NCBI GenBank assembly: GCA_049724395.1
Contig: JAUGWO010000081.1
Span: forward strand, 1-64,000
DNA from: Spongospora subterranea f. sp. subterranea
Taxonomy: Eukaryota
Length of the DNA: 64,000 nt
Reading direction: 5' to 3'
Part shown: positions 25,013-36,995 of the stretch, in pieces
Layout: every line of letters begins with the position of its first letter
How positions within the stretch are numbered: the stretch's first letter is position 1
Translations under genes and position numbers: made by a program
The notes under the pieces: generated by a model
The model's input: the letters and a program-made list of their open reading frames with translations, nothing else
What the model was told of the DNA's origin: nothing
Database searches by the model: none

Positions 25013-25853
25013 ACCGTTCTCCTCCATTCAACTAAACGATCTCATAAATTACGTAAATCCCTTTGGAAGAATCGATCTACACATTTCAACCTGGGTATTG
25101 CTGGTCGACATATAATCACGAATATACTAACTGTTTACCACATCCTTCAGAACAATTGTTTCAGCAAAACATGACGTTGTGGAATACATTCTTAAAAAAA
25201 AAGCGATTGTGTTCATCCTGAGCAAACGATGATAATAGTTCAATCACCATGATTTTGCCTATGAAATCGAGATTTTCTTTTGACTCTTGAGCGGCAATCA
25301 GATCATCTTGGGAATACATTTGAACAATTGACACAACAAGTGTTGCGGGAGTCAGCAATTGGGAGAAGTGATCGGTTGCCGGAATCGTCTCCTTGTGCGC
25401 AATCGCGGAACTTGATCATCCACTCGTCACTCGGATGTGCTGCATAATCACCAGCGACCTGCTTTCGCCAGAGATCCTACGGGAGATCGTCCAATTCGGA
25501 TCCAGATCCAATATCCCCATAATTCGCCACAACCCTCGTCGAAAATCGAGCGGCCACGTTTGAACTGTCTGCTTAGACCATGTTGATGTTGTGAGTGGCT
25601 TGATCGAGTTGGGGACTCTCAATGCCGATCGTCCACTGGCGTAGAATGTCTTCAGTAACGCCATACGCTTCCCGACGAGATCCTGAGTAAACGATGGATC
25701 AAATATGGTAGTGATGGCGAATCGAGAAGGAAGGGCTGCGTTGTCTCGGAATCGATCTGAGCGAGGAAATGGATTGCAAAAAAGTGCATAGACTCGCGGG
25801 AAATGGAATAACATCTTGAGCGAATCCCAAGGCTCAAATAAAGTTTAGAGGTT

Positions 25854-26841
25854 TTATTTGACCTTGCGCGGTCTTGTGTAAAAAATTGGAATCATTTCGC
25901 ACTGGCGCAGCGACGTGTTCCTGCCTTTGTCCAGATGCTCCTTCAACAATCTGTTGAGGAACGAGGTGTGTCCACAAACGACATAGACTTTGGCGTTGGC
26001 CGATAACATTTTGTTCAGGAACTTGGCGATACGATTGTCGAATTGCTCGTCCGTTTCAAACAGGGTAGGTACAGGGTTATCTTCTAAGACCAGGTCCATG
26101 TTTTTTTTATTTCCGCCGACTTCTGAAACCGATTTAGCACTATTCCTCCTAAACAAAAACAAATAAATCAATATCCCGAAAAGAACAGCAGCAAACAACA
26201 AAGGAGGATATATATGGTGAATGGGCACAGCCGACGCTCATGGAAACTCAGGCCGAGAACCAAAAAACTGATAAAAAAACAACAAATTACTCGTTGGATT
26301 TTGTAGTCTTGTACGACTTGGTTATTAGGGGACTATCGCGATCCCTGACGGCTTCATGGGCGACCCATTTGCCATTGGGCAGCACCAGCAGCGCCGTTTG
26401 AGTCGCCCTGCGATAGGGGCTCGAAATGTACCTGATCTGGTCCTGGGGCACACTTTCCAGCGCCTGAATCCAGCCCCGGTTGACCAGGTCGTTCTTCAGG
26501 TCCCGTGCCTGCGTCTTGCCGAATAGCGTTAGCCCCGGCTCCCGCGTTTGAAACCGCGTCTTGCAAGCCTTTAGTTTCTTGCTGTCCCATCCGCTGGCCA
26601 CACATTGCGAAACCACTTCCTGGAACCCGTCATCGTTATCGTGTTCGGCTTGGGCCCGCGAGATCAATATTATGATCGGTTTTTCCGGCGTGGCCGCTTC
26701 GACATAATCCGAAATCTTTCCGGTATCTGGGGGATCAGAATGTCCCCCCATATCGCTGAGAAAGACGATCAGGCCGACGGTGCCCGACAGGGCTATAACC
26801 ACAACCGTGCATACCAGGAAATACCTCCTCGGGTTCTGCAT
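25854..26841 (-). CDS. Histidine-phosphatase (phosphoglycerate-mutase-like) protein with N-terminal membrane anchor and non-canonical active site
   Basis: IIILISRAQAEH (canonical: RHGQ), EPGLTLFGKTQA, SSPYRRATQTA, EAVRDR. Second exon has ETDEQFDNRIAKFL..VVCGH..LRQCE. One intron at about 26150-26290. Confidence 0.8.
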
Positions 26842-27792
26842 TCCGACAAGCAAATGGGGGTTGGCCAAAACGACCCTTTGGCGCCACGGAAAGTCCGTCC
26901 AGTGCAACCTGAACCCCGTAACGGACCTCATCTCGGACTCTCTTTGCTCCTTGATTCGGGGAATCCTGACGTGGGGACCTCATACATCGATGAACGTGGT
27001 TTTGACGGATCCAACATCATCAGCGTTGGCGTTTACTTGACCTGACACCGACCCATGAGTTCATCTTACTCAATATCACACCATTGCGTGGCTCGGATCA
27101 TCCGATATTGTTCCGAATTGGGCGTTTTTCCGAAGATTATATTAATCTGCACAAGACGGTCACGGGCAGAACTGATTAGAGTTTGGAACAGTCGCTGCGC
27201 TGAACGAGAATTATTTTACATTAATTTCAGTGTATTTAAAAAATGAAGCGAACAAATGATATTGTGGCAACTGTGGCAATTTTCGAAACTACGAACGTTC
27301 TTGTTTGACAGCGAGTCCTTGAGTTTGGGACTCGAAGCGGCTGGGCTCCGCCAGAAAACGACTGATCATTTTGAAAAAAAAAGCGGCATTCTGAAATCGT
27401 GGTAAACGATATCATCAAATCTCGAGGAATTCTGTTTCGATACCGTAATCTGTCCCTTGCCGCCGACGATAACCAACAAGCCCTTGCCGTCTGCGATAAC
27501 CAACAGGTGAACGAAGGTATTAGACCCTGGGCACTTCGTCCGGAACCGAGTTCCGCAAATTTGCTACATCGAGAACGCCGTTGCGTTTTGCGGCGGACTG
27601 CGAAAACGGCCAGGGCAGAGTAGTTGGCTGGTTTGTTTCGCAGATTCCATATAGGAGAGGGGGCAGCTGCTCAGAGCTCAACCAGAAGGGTTATTCGGTG
27701 TTGTCGAAACTTGGCCTGTATGAAGCATTGCCGACTATTATTATTTTCTGTGGAACGACGATCAGGAGACACTCATCGTTCAAGGTTTTTTT

Positions 27793-27990
27793 GATTCACG
27801 TGTGCGCCAAAACGTGAATGACGATTCTTTGTTTGGTTCACGTGTGCGCCAAAACGTGAATGACGATTCTTTGTTTGGTTCACGTGTGCGCCAAAACGTG
27901 AATGACGATTCTTTGTTTGGTTCACGTGTGCGCCAAAACGTGAATGACGATTCTTTGTTTGATTCACGTGTGCGCCAAAACGTGAATGAC
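27793..27990. repeat. 42-bp minisatellite, about 4.7 copies
   Basis: Unit TTCACGTGTGCGCCAAAACGTGAATGACGATTCTTTGTTTGG. Confidence 0.95.
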
Positions 27991-28829
27991 GGTTCTTCGA
28001 TAAAACGAGCAGCATCAAAACATTGTAAAGAGTAGTAAGTACTTACTAGAATAATTTAGTACATGATATTTACGATGAGAGGTTGGCAACGAAAACGACA
28101 ACAATCATTGGGTTCGATTACCGTTGTAATGTAGGGCACCTTTATCCACAACTACTCGAGAAGGCCGGCAATTGAACAGCAATTTCTATCAAGATCCGAT
28201 CCATGATATACGGTAAGTTGTTGCCGGTCACTGTCGTGTCACATTACGATCGGTCCAGCCCGAACAAGACGCTCATCAGAAGCAGCAAACTGACGTGACG
28301 ACACATCATCGTTTCCAATCAACGATGTCCAAAAAGTCTTCATACAAATGACGTCAAACCTGTTGTGAAAGTAATGAGCGACGCAGGATGATTCCCCATT
28401 CCGATCAGGAGATGGGTCCTGCCTGACTCCTGCCCTGTACATGAACCTGGGCAAGGAGCCGATGGGAAAACGGACGTAGATGCGGTACTACAGAAAGGTG
28501 GAGATTGGGACGTGACGGCATTGCAACAATGGCGCCACCCGCTGGGATCTGCCGAACGATGGATGACCAGGAGGTTATGCAACGAAGGTTGAACAGTAAT
28601 GCGGTTGCCAGGTCTACGTCTCTGCTTGGCGTTGTCGGTTGTCGACAGCAGGAACGGCATCTGCAACGACACACGCATCTGGCAAGCGCGCTTTTTTTAA
28701 TCCACCTTGGATGGATTGTTCGGACCGAGGCGATTATTCCAGACAACCAGTTAAGGGCTCCTATCGCACGCTAAAGCCTCACACAAATGCATAATTCTAT
28801 GCCTTCACAAACCAGCGGTTGAACAGCAA

Positions 28830-29459
28830 AAAGCCACTTTTATGAACAAGTCACCAATAGAGCTGCTGAGCTCAATTTCACTTTGAGAGCCATTCCTCCT
28901 GGCTGACAAGTTTGTGATTTGATTGCAAACAACCCGCTCAAACAGGCGTCAAGAGAAGATACGTCTCATTGAAAATTCGATGTGATCCCGGGTCCGGAGG
29001 AGAATATCAAAGTTAAATAGATGGACATAATTGCCTGGCTTGAAGACGTCGTTGAAGAGATAGACACACGTTTCTCATCGCTCTCCAGAAGCGCTAAAGA
29101 GTTTAGAGCACAAGGTCAAGATAATCTTCCGCAAGATCACGATCAATCTAGAAATGATGTATCCAAAAAACACGAGGACAATTGCTAAAAAATCGGCGAG
29201 CGTTAGCGTTGCATAAACTGGTCATATGCTCAACGGCAACTGATGAAAAACACAACACAAACACACAGTATGTTTGAATTCAACTTCTCCAAAAGCGCCG
29301 TCAAGCCAGGAAATTATGTGCTTGAGATATATGTTTTCATAAACCCCTGTTTAAGCGGTTTGTTTGCAATCAGATCACAGATTTGCAGCCAGGCGGAATG
29401 GCTTCCAAGGTAGCAATGAGTTCAGCAGCTTGTTTGCAGCTTGTTCATAGGTGCGGCTT
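28830..29459. repeat. Diverged inverted repeat (arms of about 115 bp, spacer about 400 bp)
   Basis: 28830-28946 (AAGCC..TATGAACAAG..GCCATTCC.CCTGGCTG..GATTGCAAACAA.CCGCT.AAACAGG) is mirrored at 29346-29459. Confidence 0.8.
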
Positions 29460-29981
29460 GTTGCTGCATCCCAGATCAAGAGCTAGCTGGGCCGAGATAG
29501 AAGTCATTGTGAACACTGTTCGCACCGAAGGGCGTATACACCAAACTTGCCAATGATGATGGTGGATTCGATTGATTATGAGCAGATGGCACTGGTGTAC
29601 ATTGGCAGACTGATGTATGAGGCCGCGCTATGGCGCATCAAGGAGTGGAGATGACGCCACACCAACCGGGCAACGCATTCAGGATTGACCAGACCTGTAC
29701 GCCGTCTTCTCTTGAGCATCTACCCATCTCTGATTGTTAGAATTCGATAAGAGCGACGGGATCGGTCGGAGTGCGAACTGTCAAAACAGTGTTTACCTCG
29801 TCTCACCATGAGGCGGGTGTGAAGGAAACAGGTTGTGTACCTCCCAGCCAAATGTGAACAACACTCTTCATTGATGCTCTTTTTTATGGGGCTTTTGTCC
29901 AAGGAAAACCGTGATTGTTTTGTTAACCAACATACCATTACAAGGTGGGTGACATTCCGGTGATGATTTTGAGGGCTGTGT

Positions 29982-30582
29982 TTGTTACTATACAAGCTTG
30001 AGAAGTATTCCGGGAACCTGAACAACAACACGGCTACCATCGCTTTGTTCTTGGATCCAAGACGAAGCAGCTCTGATGCGTCTGAGGAAACGAAGCGATT
30101 AATCCGAGAAATCTTAGCTACTGATTATGGTTATTTGCCTGTTCAGCAGGAGGACATGGACTCAACAGCATTCAATCTGTTTGCTTCCCTGTCGGACCCA
30201 CAGCAGGACGTTGTCACGGATGAAGTGGAAGACTTCTGCTTCATGACTTTGAAGGCCGATAAGTCGTGTAAATGTCCAGTCGCGTGGTGGAAGCAGCAGA
30301 CTGGGCGCTTCCCGAAGCTAAGCCTTCTGGCTCGTGATACTCTGATGATAATGGGGTCGTCTGTCGCTTCGGAATCAGCCTTCTCTGATTCTGGTGATTT
30401 TGTTAGTGCCGATCGCACAATGTTATCTGACGAGAACATAACGGTGATGATGAAATTACGGTCGTGGAACCGTTTGATCGGCAAGTTTGATTAAATAAAT
30501 ATATTTATGGAGTTTGTCGTTAAATTTTAAATTAACCGGTTAACTGGTTGGTTTACCGGTTAATTAACTGGTCCAACCCATG
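29982..30582 (+). mobile_element. hAT transposon 3' remnant (dimerisation domain plus right end)
   Basis: ALFLDPR..WWKQQTGRFPKLSLLARDTL..SSVASESAFS..RTMLSDENI. Candidate end GTCCAACCCATG at 30571-30582. Confidence 0.85.
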
Positions 30583-30599
30583 CTGATGAACAAAAGAGG

Positions 30600-30934
30600 C
30601 TGGCGATACCTGTGATGGCGTATTGCAGTGGTGGGCTTCTATTTGGCCAAAAGCGATTTCCGACAATTGCACTTCAGGGCCGTGACGCTATTGCATTAAA
30701 TTTTCTGTGCCCTCAAAGAGCGCTGTTTCGGATAGCGGTCACTTTGTATTTCCCGACAGGTCACGCTTGAAGGACGACAGTACCTCAATAATGATGAAGC
30801 TTCGGTCGTGGAACCGCTTGATGAATAATTAAAAACCCAGTACTGTACTTGTCTATCAATTCAACATTAAAACAAGATTGTTCAACATTGCTTGAATAGC
30901 AGGCTAGCCATAACCGTAGCCGTGGACACCCCTA
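30600..30934 (+). mobile_element. Second, more degenerate hAT 3' remnant
   Basis: Nucleotide similarity to 30280-30480 (ATGATGAAGCTTCGGTCGTGGAACCG encodes MMKLRSWNR). Candidate end GTGGACACCCCTA. Confidence 0.7.
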
Positions 30935-32490
30935 GCCGCAAGCACCGCCAGAACTGTCGTCGCGGATTTTTAGGAATTTTTGGAAATACGTAGTTATTTT
31001 TTACTTCCGGAATAATTTATTCCTCATGAAGCATTCAAAAAGGGAATAATTAATTTCCTCAAAAAATAATTTGTCCCTACTAGAAAGGAAGAGAATAAAT
31101 AAAAAATAAGTGTAGTTATTTCCCGATCCCTCGAGCTAATCGACGATGACGAAAGCCCGGTTTTACTCGATGATCGAGTAAATACCAATTCAGGCCGCTC
31201 TGAACATTACACTGAGCGCGAAAAGATATGGTGACGGGCCGTGATTCACGCCAAGACGCAAGAGTGAGACTCCTTGCGTGGGAGGCGAAGGCCGGCAGAC
31301 CCCTTTCTAGAAAGTCTCATTAATAGATCAGGAATATACTTTAGACGACCACTTCGGTTTATTTTCAAAAGCCTCACCTTTTAACTACTAATATTGCTCC
31401 CTGAAGGTAACGGCACTACAAAGATAACGATGACGAAACTAGAATCAGTTAAAATGGACTAAAGATGACCATTCTCCCTATTCGATCCATATCAGCGCAC
31501 GTTGAAAAAGTTAAAGTAAAGCACTCGATATACTGCGATAATATTATTGCCGATGTCGTCACCCGCTTCATTCAATATCCAAAAATTTTGCATATGTAAT
31601 AATTGTCTAAAACTTGAGTCGATATGTTCTCGAATGGAAGGGCGGCGCCCACCTTTAGCAAACAGAAATCATTCATTTGACATTCCCAACCAAGCTAAAA
31701 CATTGAAATAGCACACTAATTTAGCGAAGGGCAAAAGCGTTTAAGAGAGATTTGTTGGCGAGGTTGAAGTCCGCATAAATACAGCCTGATAGCAGTATCA
31801 ACATCCGAACAAACAATGTCACGAAGATGCAGACTCCAATATGGCGCCTTCAAAAATTGAATCCAACGCGCCATCGCGCTAAAAAAAGATTACTGCAATT
31901 ATGCCCAGCCAAATCAGGTTACGCAAAACCAGTTGCAGGTACCGCTACTGCACGGTTCAACTAAGCTCTGGAGACTACAGGTCTGACGACACCTGGAGAA
32001 TCTGTCGTCAAATCGACATTCGAAACAACTGGGCCATCAACCATGTTCTTTGAATGGCCCAGCTCAAATTTTGTTTTACCGGCAGATAGAAATTTTCAAA
32101 TAACGATCAAGAAGTTGGGGACGACAATATGGGCTCTCTGACCAACTAACTCCGTATCGAAAGAGACCATGGTCATCATGAGAAAGCCAACTTGATCAAG
32201 ATCAACAGCGGATGTCAGTCATGTGTTGTGCCTGCTGTGATCATGCCAACTGCAATCAACAAACGGATGTGCGTATGAGTCGCTAAAAAGTCCGAATGGC
32301 GCTGACTGACGCCGGTCACATCTTTCCGGCCTATACAGTGGTGATGAGTGAGGAGGACAGTCACGGAGTCACCACAACTGCCGTAATGCCACGGTCAGGT
32401 CAGTCAGAAATTAGGGCGGCGCACTTCTGGAGCAGAACCCCTCGTCAATCGCTTCGGAAACAACAGTTCATTTCCAATTTACTCAGCAAG

Positions 32491-33530
32491 ATGACGCATC
32501 GTATTGTGGTGTGGATGATGATGGTCGCTCTGTACATTTTCGTCCTTAGTACATCAAAGGTGATGTTCACTGTGTCGTCTGCCTAGTTAACAACTGATCT
32601 TTGTATTGCACAGGCAACGGCCAACACGTTGCTTGATTTCAAGAATTGCTCACCTGATGTCGTGACCCAGGCAACGACCGAAAAGCCGCTCTTGATTTTG
32701 ATTCGTCATGGTCAGGCCAAACATAATAACAATGCGATGTACAATGCTGTGTATCGCGCGTTTAAGGAATTACGTTGGGATAAGTCAAAAATGTCGGAAG
32801 ATGTGCGTTTCCAGTTTTTCGACCCGGAGCTGGACCACGTGGGTCGTGGTCAGGCAGCAGCTCTTGGCGGCACAGCAGTAGATTGGGGTGCTGCGTTGAA
32901 AAATTTGAGATCAGACGAGGCCAAGTTCATCGTCAGTCCCTTTCGTCGGACCATTGCGACGGCACTGCGGGTATTCCCTTCGCTGACATGGCTCGCTGTT
33001 GAAGGATGTAGAGAGCGTATTACTGGCCTGGGATCCGACTACCACTCTAACACATATACTCCCTTCTTAACGTAAGTACTTTTCCATTGTTAATCATTTT
33101 CACAAATCTATTCGAGTTTATTGCCGACAAGTGTCAATGTTCAGCTTCGCATTTAATCAAAATAATTTACAGGACCCGGGAAATAATTCCTGCGCTTACG
33201 AGTTATTTCGCGGACAGCATGGACAGAGTAGACCTGAGCCTCATTCCTGAACAAGATCCAGAATTAAACACCGATCACGAGGACGAGAACACAGTGAAAG
33301 CTCGCGTCCGCACATTTTTGAATGATCTTTTGCAATGCAACGCCAAAGTCTATGTCATCGTTGGTCATGGAGCCTTTTTTTCCAGTCTTTTCGATATTCT
33401 TGGCCTCAGTCTGCCACACCCACTCGATCCGCTACGCAAACTCGAGAGACGCTTGACGAACTGTGAGGTGGCTCCCGTCATTTTAGAGGATGTTGATTAT
33501 TTAAAACAATCATTGCAGTGGTCCCAGTAA
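32491..33530 (+). CDS. Secreted histidine phosphatase (phosphoglycerate-mutase family), 3 exons
   Basis: Signal peptide MTHRIVVWMMMVALYIFVLSTSK and intron 32560-32613. Motifs LIRHGQAKHN, DPEL..GRGQA, SPFRRTIATA, EGCRE. Intron at about 33072-33172, then VGHG..LTNCE. Confidence 0.9.
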
Positions 33531-34629
33531 CTGTGAAATAATCCAATGGGAATAAACCGTTTGTTACCGTGAAAAAGGTCAAAATTTACCATGGTTATGG
33601 CACAAAAACGTTGGTCGGGATTGAATCCAGCATCGTCTTATTTTTATAACGCTGTGCTTATCAATTGTAGGTTAATGATAATCCGTTTATCCCTATCGCT
33701 GTTCATTTAAGTGGAGCCATAAACCCACCATTTGTCTCAATTTCGTTTTGCCTCGCTTTCAGACCCTTTTCGACCTTCATGGCGAATTTCCAGAGGGATA
33801 GTAAACCGATGAATCAATCTGGTCTGTTATCGATATCGTCACCCGATTTCCAAAGGTTTGCACATTTGTTACCAAGAAAAATTCACCCATTTTACATTCT
33901 CCAACCGAGCTGATAAAAGTCACTGAGATTAACAAATTAAAGGAGAAAACCCTCGAGGACAAAGGCTGTGCAAATATTGTGAGAATGCGGAAGCGAAGGT
34001 CAAACGAAACCAGCTGCAGGTATCGGGCATTGAACGTTTCAGCTAGGATGTGGAGAATACGGAACGGTTTGAGGCCTGGGGAGTCTCTCGTCAGAGCAAC
34101 AATTCGAACCAACTGGACCATCAAGCATGTTCTGTGAATAATCCAGCTCAAATGTTGTTTTACCGTGTCAGCACAACATTTCTAAAACAACAATCACGAA
34201 CTGGAGAATTGAAGACGTCGGTCTGAGGATAGCTTGATAAAGGCGTCGCTCGTGTTGTAGTTATTGACAGTTCTGACGGTTGATTCCAACTGAATCTGAA
34301 CTATCATATTCTCAGCTGCTGAAGCGGGGTTAAAACGATAGAATATACTGCCATCTGGTCCGAAATACTCATGGGCGGCTCCGACCCACTAATCCATTCT
34401 AAAATAGGCCCATGGTCATCATTGAAGTCGGTTTGACACAGAATAACAGCAACACGAATGTTTCATGTATATAAACAGTGAACCTGCCAGCCTGCAGTGA
34501 GCGACTGGATCTATAGAAAACGCCACAACACCAGCTTGATACTGAATGGAACCAACATTCCTCGGTCCCGTGGAAATGACGACGAGAGGTTGAGAAGACT
34601 GTTGGGCCAATCTTAGTAAACCCGGGCAT

Positions 34630-35160
34630 CTGTTTGCAAGCAGAATGTGGCGCGTGAGCTTGTCGAGGTATCAGATTTCGCCTCGGATTCCATCTTTGCT
34701 CAAGCGATACCGCACGCAAGGTTAAAGGTTCTTGCTCTTCAATCAGTCCGTTTACAGTGATTGTACCACAGATATATGTCGTGTCAATCTGCCGACATAC
34801 ACCAACTAGGAGCCCACCATATTCTTCATTCGCGCCAAGCTCATGGCGACCAACGCCGATGATTTAGATCGAAGAGAACGTATCGCCATGGCGCGGTCCG
34901 GCCTGCTATGGTTCTGGTCACTGCGACTTTACAAGACGATATTTGCGGAATCTGGCCCATCATGTCTTCGTTTTCGCTCGATCCCCTGTTGTCGCTCCGC
35001 GCCATTGCACAGAAGAAGCCTGTGAACACATTTTCGGCATCATTCGCACGAGGTCACTGTACGTGATTTTTTCCAACTCCAGGACAATCTCGAACAGTTC
35101 ATCGATGCAGCGTTCCGCTCTTCGTGGGCGAAATGCCAAGGGTTATCTGTCGTGGATTTG
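34630..35160 (+). pseudogene. Fragment of a second P-like transposase
   Basis: RELVEVSDFASD (compare KDLVVLSNFASD near 4900), RERIAMARSGLLWF, APRHCTEEACEHIFGIIR. Frameshifted. Confidence 0.55.
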
Positions 35161-35823
35161 AGGTGTTCTTGACTCTGGAAAGGCTCATTCCAAATCAGGC
35201 TGAAAAAAATTTATCATGTAGGGATATCTGATACTCCAGGCGTAAGCATTGACCAGAGCACTGCATCGCTGGCGCATCAGTTGTTCGAACTGATTCGTCC
35301 TGTTGTGAGGGGGAGGGGGCACAATGACGCTGAGCAAGTCGTACTTTGATTCAAAATGCTGAACGAGTATCCAATTCCTCATCAGGGCGTTGATTCATTC
35401 ATGTGCGGCAATGCAATACGGGACGCCATCGGTCGTCGGGATTCATCTGGTTTCAGAAACCAGTCGCGTTTGTTATTAACGGACGTGTAAATGTAGTTAA
35501 ATGCCTATCCTGATTCATGGGCAATTGCATAAAAACGTGAATTAAATAATTCCGCATGCAGTGGATCGATGCAGGTTGATACTGTGATTGGGCTGAGGTT
35601 CCAGCGAGATATGTGATCATGTTTGTCGGGATGGAGCGTCAGAAGTTCACGTCTGAAGGGGGAGGCCGTGCATGTTGCTGAAGGCAGATTCAGCACCCTG
35701 GTTGCAAACATTCGTGCGTCTTTTGCGACATCCAGAAATGGCGAGGCGCAGTTCTGGACAGAGAGAACCGGTCAGAAGTCTAGAATTCTGAGGTACTGGT
35801 TCATTTCCAGTTCAGCCGTAAAG

Positions 35824-36345
35824 ATGACACATCGTATTGTGGTGTGGATTTATAGTCGCTCTGAACATGTGCCTCTTTATCACAACAAACGTGGTAATAA
35901 TTTTATTCGCCTATCTAACAACTTAACATTTGCTCAGGCAACGCCTGACAGTGATTCTGCGCTGCAAGCGATTCAGGGCACGGGATGTAAATAGACATTT
36001 TCCACAGCGAAGCGCTAAAAACCCGACTGCACTCCTGGGTGCTCTGCAGTTGGCACTATCCTCAACGAGTAGGTTAGACCCGAGGGCTTTACAGGCGACA
36101 TTTATCCTTAACAAGGAGCCTAAACCCAATTGCTTCCCTGAGAAAGTCTGTCCGGTCAAACGGCCAAAGAACCGCCCTTGATTGTGATTCGACATGGTCA
36201 GGCCCAAAGTAATCACCAAGGAAATGTTCAAGGTTCCGGCAGATCGTCGTTTTGAATTGGTCAAGACGAAGACTGTAGAGAGCGTATTACTGGCCTCTGA
36301 TCCGACTTCCGCTCCAACAAAAATACCAATTTCAATCAGTAAGTG
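35824..36345 (+). pseudogene. Degenerate copy of the 32491 histidine phosphatase
   Basis: Same start ATGACACATCGTATTGTGGTGTGG, PLIVIRHGQ (about 36176) and EDCRERITGL (about 36268), with stops and indels. Upstream 34070-34165 matches 31990-32080. Confidence 0.8.
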
Positions 36346-36995
36346 CTTTTTGCATTGATAATCAGTGTGACGAATTTACCCTTGCCGACAAACCAAGTCC
36401 GAAGATTCCGTCAAGGATAAGAACTGCGAGCATTGTATATATCTTGCGAACAATCTGATGACGCTTTCCTCCACCAAATCATCGAATCTTTGGTGTGAGT
36501 GTCTCTTCTGATGGCGTGATGGCTTGTTGATGCAGAAGGTGATTTACCACTATCTTGTTTTCATCAAAACTGTGCGAAATCAACTTGGCCATGATAATGC
36601 GACCTTTGTCGATCAGAAATCACATATTAGAGTTCAAAGGTAGAAATTGAACCTTCACCACCAACCACCATTATGGAACAATACAAAATCACGCTGTCGC
36701 GAGAACGTTCTTCGCCTATTCAAATTAAGTTGACCCTAACTAACCACCTGAGCGGACCGCATTCATATAAGAGCACACAATTCTGTCGGCATGACTGTAC
36801 TAACACTTACTTTGGAAGATGCAACAGCCCATTGGATGGCATTCCGACACGCTAACAATTCGCATCCTGAATCTAACGCGCGATCAGACTGCGAAAGAAC
36901 ATATATGAGATCGTCGCTAATGAAATCCCGTTGTGCCATCTTGCAAACTTCAATGGGCAATACAGTTGATAACGCCTTCAGTGATAAAACAGACT

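Noticed and set aside
25161..25814. Minus-strand ORFs of 65-132 aa
   Set aside because: No recognisable domain or consistent splice model.
31255..31312. Hairpin plus CTAG resembling a Helitron 3' end
   Set aside because: The hairpin next to CTAG is incomplete, CTAG is followed by A, and no 5' end or Rep/helicase is visible.
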